From the NCBI RefSeq assembly GCF_009914755.1, contig NC_060939.1: a DNA stretch of 64,000 nucleotides. The stretch is one strand, 5' to 3'. The stretch is from the human T2T-CHM13v2.0 reference genome, Homo sapiens. The translations under genes and the position numbers were made by a program. Shown piece by piece: positions 54,185 through 64,000 of this stretch (within the stretch, counting starts at the first letter, position 1; every line of letters begins with the position of its first letter). Under the pieces are notes generated by a model, which was given only the letters and a program-made list of their open reading frames with translations, was not told where the DNA came from and ran no database searches.

Positions 54185-54530
54185 AGTGTTTCATTTATTC
54201 ACTCAATAAACTTATTGAAGCACCTTCTAGTGTTAAGCACTATAATAGGTGCTATATATTCATTAGCGAGCAAAACGAACTTAGCCCCTTCCCTCTTGGG
54301 GCTTATAGTCTAGTGAAAAAATAGACATTAAGGAAATCACTACAAACACACAGACACAATGATAAATGCTATGAGAGAAAGTGGAATGTTAAGGGAAAGT
54401 ACAACAGAGTCACCTAGTTGAGAGACTAGGCAAGAAGTGAACAATGATCAGAGGTTAATTAGGCAAAAAAATTAGGGGGAAGAGGCAGAAGAGATATAGG
54501 AAACTCCATGGCAAAATGGTTTGAACAAAT
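54185..54530 (-). mobile_element. L2 3' end
   Basis: tcatttattcactcaataaacttattga..cacct and gcttatagtctagtg. Confidence 0.7.
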
Positions 54531-55169
54531 CGATGAAGAGCCATAAAGCAGCTCAACTAAGAGTTGCTGTTGAGGAGGAAGGGCACACCCCTTCTCAGGT
54601 CCTGCTTCTGCCTCTTCCTTGAGTTCATGCCATATTGTAGTGGGTATCCCCCCCATCAACTCCAGCGACAGTGGTCTCCTTGCAGGTTCCCAGACAGGCT
54701 ATGCTGTTTCATGCCTTTTTAAAATTGTGGTAAAAAACATGCGACATGAAATTTACCCTCATTTTAAGTGATCAGTACAGTATTGTTAACTATAAGCACA
54801 GTGTTGTCCACAAATTTAAGCATTATGCATAAGCATTAAGCATAACATTAAACAATAATGTTGTCCAGCACAAATGTTTGCACAAATTTTCTCATACATG
54901 CATAAGAAGCTTACACAGCTCAAAAATCAGAGCAATGTAAAAAGGCATAGAGAAAGCTTTTATTCCCACCCCTGCCACATCTGCACTGTTCGCCTTCACT
55001 CCCTGCAGATAATATTTTTATTAGCCTCTTGTGTATTAGTCCTCTAGTTCTTTATGTAAAGAATATACATTGTTATGTTCTCTCTTATTAAAAAAGTAGC
55101 ATATGATGGACATTGTTATGTAGCTTGCTTTTTTGCCTAACAATACGTGTTAGAGTTCAGTTTATATAG

Positions 55170-55938
55170 AGCTGCACTGTCCAAGATCAGTAGGAGTCAT
55201 ATGTGGCTGTGGAGCACTTGAAATGTGGCAGGTGCAACTAAAAATGGAATTTTAAATTTAATTTAATTTAAATTTAGATTTAAAAAATGAAAGCAGTGAA
55301 CAATATTTTCCTATTAATCTCAACTTTATTGTTTTAGTAGGACTACATTTCACTTTAACTATTGAAAATCCAACATCCAAATTGAGATGTGGTATAAGTG
55401 TAAAACACACACTGGATTTCAAAGACAGTATAAAAAAAATGCAAACTGTCTCATTAATGTTTTACATCATTTACAATCTAGTCATCAATTTGTTCAGTGT
55501 TTTTTGATATAGTTGGCTAAATAAAATATTAAAACCAATTCTGCCAATTTATCTTTTTTTAAAAGTGATACTAGAGAACTTTAAATTACATATGTGGCTC
55601 AAATTCTATTTCTTTTTTTTTTTTTTTTTGAGACAGAGGCTTGCTCTTTCGCCCAGGCCAGACTGCAGTGGCGCTATCCTGGCTCACTGCAAGCTTTGCC
55701 TCCCGGGTTCACGCCTTTCTCCTACCTCAGCCTCCTGAGTAGCTGGGACTACAGGCACCCGTCACCGCACCCAGCTAATTTTTTGTATTTTTACTAGAGA
55801 CAGGGTTTCTCTGTGTTAGCCAAGATGGTCTCGATCTCTGACCTCGTGATCCGCCTGCCTCGGCCTCCCAAAGTGCTGGAATTACAGGCGTGAGCCACCG
55901 CGCCTGGCTCAAATTCTATTTCTACTGGACAGTGCTGA
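55170..55938. mobile_element. hAT-Charlie element (Charlie5/MER33-like) with AluY insertion
   Basis: gcactgtccaa ... tggacagtgctg termini; atgtggct..gagcacttgaaatgtggc motif. Confidence 0.75.
55614..55909 (-). mobile_element. AluY (Yk-like variant)
   Basis: ctttcgcccaggccagactgcagtggcgctatc and ctgcaagc; TSD aaattctatttct. Confidence 0.92.
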
Positions 55939-56423
55939 TACATAACATTTACTACTTTTTACACCTGTATAGTATTCCATTGTATAGAGTACCACAATTT
56001 ACTTAACCAATCCACCTTTGATGCATACCTGAGTTGTTTCCAATCTTATGTTTAAAAAAAAAAAAAAGCAGAAATGCTTACCCTTCTCCATGCATCACTT
56101 CATACATGGGCAGGTTGATCTGTAAAATGAATTCCCGGCATTGGGATTGCTGGGTCCAAATGTAAATACATTTGTAATTTTGATATTGCCAAATTGCCCT
56201 CCGTAAGCATTGTACCAATTTGCACTCCCACCAGCAATGTGTGTGAGTGCCAGTTTCCTCATACATTGCCACTTGAAACTACAATTAACTGTATTTTTGG
56301 ATGTAATAATCAACATTTCTTTTTGCTAATTCTGAGAGGGTTTTAAGAAGAAATCATAAATGGTTTGTCTAACTTCTCTTTCCATTTGGAAAAAAAACCT
56401 ATTGATAAAATGCTTAGAGGTAG

Positions 56424-56640
<217 letters not shown>

Positions 56641-57643
56641 AATGAAAGCATCAAAGAATTAACCCTCACTGTTTCCCAGGTTGTAAATTTCTATGAAAGT
56701 TGCAACTTTCACCATACTGAGATTTAGGCAGAGGGATTTTGTGAGGGTTCAAATGGATAAGGGACTACATTTTCTTCTGTTTTTTTAAGAGTTGGGGATT
56801 TCTCAGATTACTCCAGCAGCCTTCCCTGGCTGTGGTGGACTAACATTTAAGGGTAGACTGGCAGTTTCCATGCAATTTTTGCATATTGTCAGTTAATCTC
56901 CTGGATTGGTTTTACTGTATGCTAAACATATTCTAACTCAATGGGTTGCTTAACTGAGGAAACCAGTGACAACATAACTGGCGCTTAAGAGCTGCCATAA
57001 TCATCAGATAGTTCATTCCACTGACTTTATTAGTAAATGGCAGAGAAAGTTTATCTTTTCACTTTATGGATCCAACTGTTGTCCCTCATTTGAGACTTGT
57101 GTGCCCTCTACTGCCCTCTTTGCCTTTTTTTGTTTTTTCAGATGGAAATGAAGAAGTAAACATTCAGTATCCAAAAGAAAACTGCTTTAAATTTTCCATT
57201 CATAGGAATATGAAAATAAGATTCTTATGAAGAGAATTCTTACTATGGAGTTAGAGATGTGCCAGATAAGTTAATAAATCAGTATAATGGAACCCTTGAT
57301 TTGGGGGAATATAAAATATTTTGGCAAATCCTAGAGGCATAGAAAGGCATTTTATATCAAATATGACTAAGGACACTTAACTATCTTTAGTATTGTATTG
57401 ATTTTCAACATAAAAAGATTAAGAAAAAAAAGTTGTCTTATGTTCCTCATGCAGGAAAAGCACCAGGACATTGAGGACTTAGTATAAGGGTCATCCTTGG
57501 CAACTGGTTTTATTGAGTCATTGCTACTATGTTTGAGTTACACAATAAACAAATATACAACTTTCTAACAGGAAGTAGCTGCAGCCATAGCTATTCTTCA
57601 TATTTTTGTTTCTGTTGCTAATTTTTGCCTAATTTTGTTTCAG

Positions 57644-57727
57644 GAAGGGTTTTCACTCATTGGTAGCAAGGACTGGTTGAAGATTGTAAGACGCGTGGAT
57701 TGTCTGTTGTTTGGAACAACGATAAAG
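57644..57727 (+). CDS. REC114: Internal coding exon (probably exon 3, codons 84-111) of meiotic recombination protein REC114
   Basis: Translates to EGFSLIGSKDWLKIVRRVDCLLFGTTIK, matching my recollection of human REC114 (...QGQTLL-EGFSL...TTIK-DKSRL...). Preceded by polypyrimidine tract and ttttgtttcAG acceptor; followed by AAG|GCAAGA donor; 84 nt, phase 0/0. Confidence 0.93.
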
Positions 57728-57733
57728 GCAAGA
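57728..57733 (+). promoter_or_regulatory. REC114: Non-canonical GC 5' splice site (AAG|GCAAGA)
   Basis: Protein match stops after K (AAG at 57725-57727); next bases are GCAAGA and there is no GT at the boundary. Confidence 0.8.
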
Positions 57734-58320
57734 TTTAAGCTAATGATCACACTCTTCTCATCTTCTATGTGTGTATGTTGGGGAGGTATTTGGGGGCATC
57801 TCTTGGTAGGTGACGGGTACTGGGAAGAATACAAATGTTTAAGAAAGGTTTGTACTATGAGAAAAACATGAAACAAGGACCGTAGAGAGGCAGAAGCCTC
57901 ATTAGCAGGAGGACATTGCTAAGGAGTCAGGCTCTGATGGATTTCTCAGTATGCGTCTGATGGAGCTGTGCAGCCATTCTCTATCCCCCAAGCACAAATT
58001 GGAAGTGGAGTACATCATTTGTCTTGCGATTTGGATGTTTAAAAAGGTGTATACCTTCAAATGATTCAGTGAATATGTATTTTCATTTTTTCTTTTTAAT
58101 ATTAAAAAATTTCCCTTTTACTTGCTTTCTAGCTGTATTAAGTGTAAAGAATGATCTTCATCAAAGAAACAGTCATATTAATCACCTGGATCATTTTCCT
58201 TCAAAAATAACTATGAAAACCAATCTGTTAACATTCATGGAGTAGATAATATTGAAATTTAAGTGAAAGATACTAATTTTTGAGGGACTCAGACTCTGAG
58301 AGTTAGACGATTATCTAGTG

Positions 58321-58804
58321 GAGGGGTATTAACCTGGGGTACACAGACCCCAGAGTCTCCATAGAATTCAGGGGGTCCATGAACTTCCATGGATTTTCAC
58401 TGACCTCTAATTGAAATGTATCATTTCCTTCCACTATGAATGTAAGGCCAGCAGACCACAGTAGTTTTAGACCTTCTCACTAATGGAAATCACAGATACT
58501 TTCATATCACATTTCAGTTGTTTCTGACATCTCAAATGTTTATGCTCATCACTACCTCAAAATTAAGGTGTTTATTAGTCCTCCTACTAGATCTTTATTA
58601 TCAAATACATTAATAAAGAAGCATATATATTAGTTCACAAATTAGTGCCTTAATATTGTAATAAACTAATTCAGTATAATTGGTTTCTTTGTAAACTTGT
58701 GCATTTTGTGTGATTAAAAACATTGTTCTGAGAAGGGGTCCACTGGCTTACCAGATTGCCACAGGGATCTGGAGCACACACTCCAAAATGTTCAAGAACC
58801 CCTG
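58321..58804. mobile_element. hAT-Charlie element (Charlie4a-like)
   Basis: aggggtattaacctgggg ... gggggtccatgaac ... gttcaagaacccctg. Confidence 0.65.
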
Positions 58805-59208
58805 TTTTGTTTCCCATATAAGGAAATTGACTTAAGCCAATAGCCCAGGTTATGACTAGCTATCAGAGAACCAGGCTGCCCTTTGATCTTTGGACTTAGC
58901 TCCAGACCATATCATACTGAATGAATGTATAGATCTCTGAAAAAGTTATACCATGCTGTATGTTTGATACTTGAGTTTTAAATTTTTCTAAATATACATT
59001 ATTACTAAAATTTTAAACTAACTACAAAGAGCAAAATAAAAATCAACCATAATTTGACCACTCAAAAATAATTATTAATATTCTGAAGGTTTTACTAAGC
59101 ATATATACTATATCAGTTAGGATTGTGTTCAGATGCATGTAAGAGAAAAATCAGCTATAATGGCCTAAAAAACCAGATTTCTTTTTTTTTCACTTAAAAG
59201 GAAATCTA

Positions 59209-59543
<335 letters not shown>

Positions 59544-60447
59544 CTAGCATCCTCCAGCAACTCAACAGTGTCCAGGTTGGCATCTCGGTAATTCTCCTGG
59601 CCTCTCCCTCTTGGGTGCAGAATGGTTGCTGCAGCTCTACTATATTTCCATTGAAGGAAGGTCAGCATCACCTGGCCCTTTTATAAGGAAAGCATCCACT
59701 TTCCTATATAGCTCTCCACCACCCACAACCCCCAGAAGATGCCTGCTTATGTGTCATGGACCAGTGTAATATGGCTGTCCCAAACTGCAAAGATTAGGAA
59801 AATGAGCGTTTGACATTTCCAGCCCCTCTTGTGGATTGGCTTGTGCTAATTGAGTGTCCACCATATAGATAATTTATAAAATGGGGATTGTAGTACTTTG
59901 TATCCTGTTCTTTTTATCAGGAACATTATACCAAGTCATTAGATAGTCTCTGAAAGAAAACACTCATAATGGCTTGGTAGCGTGTTATTGTTTGGATGCA
60001 CTAGGGTTTAACTCATCGCTAATTTTTCACTATTATAAAAATGTTCTGATTTTCATAAGGATTTATTTACAGGGTTCTTGAGATAGAAGTCCTAGAAGTA
60101 TACACTTTTTTTTTTTTTTTATATATAAATTTGCCCTCCCGATAGGTTGTCCCTGCTTCTACTCTACTGGCAATGTGTAAGAATGTTCATTTATCCAAAT
60201 CCTCTCCAACGTGGTGATACAATTTAAATTCAAAAACTAGTTTCTAATTTGACAGGCAGAAATGAGCATATTCCTTTAATTTGCATTTCTTGTTAAAACT
60301 GATGAGAATGGTAATGTAACATTTGTATTTCTTCTGTTAATCACCTGCTTCTTTTGCCTAGTTTTTCTCTTCTTCAAACTACGTATAATTTGTGTAGCTA
60401 TATAATTTTATATATTTGTGTATATACTGTATGCACAGACTTTTTAA

Positions 60448-60788
<341 letters not shown>

Positions 60789-61103
60789 GTAAATGGTATT
60801 CTTTATCCCAAATATATTTTCAGCCAGTTATTATTGGATTTTTTTCTGAATTAGTTTAAATTTAACCTCCTTACTAAACTTTTATTAACTGTTTTTTAAT
60901 TTCTAGGAAAGTGTTTTTATAATTTACAGACAATTGTATTTCTTTCCAATGATTTATATTTTTTATTACTTTCCCCACCTTACCGAATTGTCTAGATCTC
61001 CCAGAATGCTGTAATCATAGGGTTATAGTATCTTTGACGTCTTCCTGACTTGCATGGGAAGTAGTGTTTAGACATTAACTCCATCTCTGTCTGTTAACTG
61101 GCT

Positions 61104-61270
61104 TTTTTTTTTTTTTTTTTTTTTTTGAGAAGAGTCTAACTCTGTCCCCCAGGCTGGAGCAGTGTTGTGATCTCTGCTCACTGCAGCCTCAACCTTCAGG
61201 GCTCAAACAATCCTTCCGCCCCATCCTTCTGAGTAGTTAGGACCACAGGAGTGTGCCACCATGCCTAGCC
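61104..61270 (-). mobile_element. AluJ right arm / FRAM
   Basis: Poly(T) followed by a diverged antisense right monomer. Confidence 0.8.
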
Positions 61271-63235
61271 AATGGTTCGATATTCTTTATCATGTAAGGC
61301 AGATTCTCTTTCAATTATAGTTTATTTAATACCTTTATCAGGATTACATATCATTTTATCAAATGCTTTTTGACAAGTATTAAGATCATGGGTTTCTTCC
61401 TCCTTTGATCTATTGACTTGATGTAATATGTTGACATTGAACCAACAGATTCTTCTTTTGCCCTACCTGGCAAAGAGTATCTGATGCATCTTGGCTTGGA
61501 TAACTTTTAGTTTTCAAGTATTATGCCAAAACACTATTATTTAATTGACAAATGGAAGAAGTAAAATTTTCATTCCTTTTATAGCAATTTAATATAAATT
61601 CTATGAGTAGTAAACATTATATTTATTTTCTCTCTGAACTGAAATAAGTAGGTTGAATAAATTCTGCCTACTTATAAGGTAGGCTTCCCTTTTTCCAGCA
61701 ATTCTGATCAAATAGGGGGCTAACAATAGACATATAATTCCTTATCTTAAGGGCACTTTGGCTCAAAGAAGGAAACCCAAACAACCACTGTCCTCTTTAC
61801 TTCTCACTCCCAGTAACTCACGGAGGAGTTTTTAAAATGATTTCGTCTAGCCAAGGCTTTGAGTATTGCCTTTTAGTTTCAAAGCAAAGAATCAAATAAA
61901 ATGCTGAAGTACCTTCTCTGTTTAAGACCTTTTTCTGTACTTCCACATTTTCTATAGTAGAGGAATTCACAATTAGCGGTGGGGAAAACTGCTTCAGTTG
62001 GGGTCTTAGTGGTAATGGAAAATTTCTTACCAACCTGGGTGATGAATCTAAAACCAGCGGGAAAACCCACTGGGTTTTTATGAGGCCTCTAGTGTCTCCT
62101 TGGCTCTCTATGTCATGTTAACTGGGCTCCACATTTTCCAGGGCATGACGATGCCTTGGAACACCTACTGTGGAGCCTGTGGCCTAAGCATCTCTGTATG
62201 GAGATGCTATTCATACCTGTGAGCCAGCACTTAGTAGGCCTAATCCCTTTGTGAGTACACGTAGATAAGTGAAAAGAGATGAGCACTTATCCTTAAATTT
62301 GCTTCCTTGAGTCTGTATTAGTTGTTATAACTTGAAATTAAGTGTTCTGAAGGAGGGCAGGTGCAACTTTACATGTAAGCCACCACTTCAGATACAGTAA
62401 TTATGAGCCCATCTTCTTAGGTGATAGAAACTAGAGACTGTATATTTGGCGAAGTTCGTGATTGTTGGTATACTTGAGAACTTTTCACTTCACAGCAAGA
62501 AGCTCTTTCTGACTTTTAATTATGGCATAAAAATAAATCTCATCAAGACTTTCAATCTTTAGCAGTCCCTCTGGTTAACCCAGTGGAAAGTTTTCCATTA
62601 TGGTAACCTATGGCATTGAGGATATAGGATGGAGATACAACTAATTTTCAGATTTTTCCTGATGTACCTGGGTTTTATCTTGGATCCACATGCATTGAAG
62701 TGGTATTTCTGGCTTTAGATGATAAGCTCAAATTCTAAAATTTTTACAGAAGCAAACATGGAACAAGACTTCAGTTAGGCTATTAGACATGTAAACTACT
62801 CTGTTGCTTTTTTGGAATTATACTCCAAAAAAAACCCTAGCTATCCAAACTGATTATTATATACATTCACATATAGATACCTGTAGACTTATATAACTGG
62901 TCTCAGGTTTTTGCCCTGCTTGTATGCTTAGTGTCTGCTTGTGCATACAGCTTTTTAAAGCTAGCTATGAAATACAGTTGCTGATGTCACTGTCAGAAAG
63001 TTAATTGCAGAATCCTAATAGCTAATATAAGGGTACTTCATATAGATGTCTTCATATAGAGTCTGTTGGAAACAGCTAAATAACTGTAAACAAGAAATCA
63101 GTTTAATTTCACAAAAGAAGATTCATAGTAGTATTATAGATTGAATGTATAGGTCTCTTATCAGTTCTTTTCCCTTCCTCAGGGAAGGTTAGCTTTCAAT
63201 GACTCCTGATAATCTGGGGATTATCCATCCAAGAG

Positions 63236-63871
63236 GAAAATGGCTAAGGGCATGAATAGGTAATACACTAAAAGAAAAAATACAAATGACCAATAAGCAT
63301 AAGAAAGATAGTCAACCTCACTTGTAATCAAAGAAATGAAATTTTTAAAAAACTATGTTAACCTAGTATGTTGACAAAAATTTAAAAAAAGAATCTTCAG
63401 TGTCGGAGGGAAATGGGCACATAGATTCTTGGTGGGAGTAAATAAGCCCTGTCTTGCCACAGGGGAGTTAGGCATTATGTACCAAAATATGAATTACACA
63501 CATCCTTTGACCCAGCAAATCTGCTTTTAGGCATGTATACACAAAGATGTATGTATAAGAGTGCTTGTTAAAGCTTTGTGGTTTATAATAGGAACAAAGG
63601 CTGGAAATAACCTAAATGTTCATCCATAGGGGGCCAGTTAAATAAAGGAATACTCTTCAGCCATTGAAAGTAATGAGGTATACTTCTATTTTTATATATT
63701 TGATGTTAAATTAAAAAATATGTTATAGAACAGCAATGTATTTTACATATACACACACAATATATATAACCTATAAAAATATATTTATCAGTGAACTCAT
63801 TTTTGATAAAGGTTACAAGAACATACCCTGAGGGAAGAGACAGTCTCTTCAATAAAGAGTTCTGGGAAATT
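63236..63871 (+). mobile_element. Old L1 fragments (L1ME-like 3' region, then an ORF2 piece)
   Basis: cctttgacccagcaa, ctggaaataacctaaatgttcatc and gacagtctcttcaataaa motifs. Confidence 0.7.
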
Positions 63872-63994
63872 GCTGAGGCAGGAGAATCGCTTGAACCCGG
63901 GAAGTGGAGGTTGCGGTGAGCCGAGATTGTGTCATTGCACTCCAGCCTGGGCAACAAGAGCAAAACTCTGTCTCAGGAAAAAAAAAAAAAAAAA
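63872..63994 (+). mobile_element. 5'-truncated AluS (Sq/Sp-like)
   Basis: Starts at gctgaggcaggag; caacaagagc; TSD begins aaagagttc and runs off the window. Confidence 0.88.
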
Positions 63995-64000
63995 GAGTTC

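Noticed and set aside
57635-57871. 78-aa ORF as a stand-alone gene
   Set aside because: Only the 28 codons between the splice sites match REC114; the rest is intronic read-through.
62063-62079. Palindrome aaaaccca-c-tgggtttt
   Set aside because: 8-bp arms are expected by chance in 64 kb of AT-rich DNA.

Overview
Primate (human-like) nuclear DNA, almost all intronic and repeat-rich; no prokaryotic features. The only host coding sequence I recognise is an 84-nt exon at 57644-57727 (+) encoding EGFSLIGSKDWLKIVRRVDCLLFGTTIK. From memory this is REC114 (C15orf60, meiotic DSB factor) residues 84-111, probably exon 3, and it ends in a non-canonical GC donor. The preceding long intron holds a processed MRPS15 pseudogene, a full-length L1PA2/3 disabled by only two nonsense codons, a second 5'-inverted (twin-primed) L1PA2/3, a full MaLR provirus, an HSMAR2 mariner remnant, and many Alu, L2, MIR, LTR and DNA-transposon fossils. 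The most unusual signal is that the two young L1s form a ~3.55-kb inverted repeat ~19.6 kb apart. They share many non-consensus mutations yet differ at apparent lineage-diagnostic sites, which points to patchy gene conversion or recurrent inversion inside REC114. I found no evidence of a new protein-coding system. Repeat subfamily calls and consensus comparisons are by eye from recalled sequences, and boundaries of old repeats are approximate.
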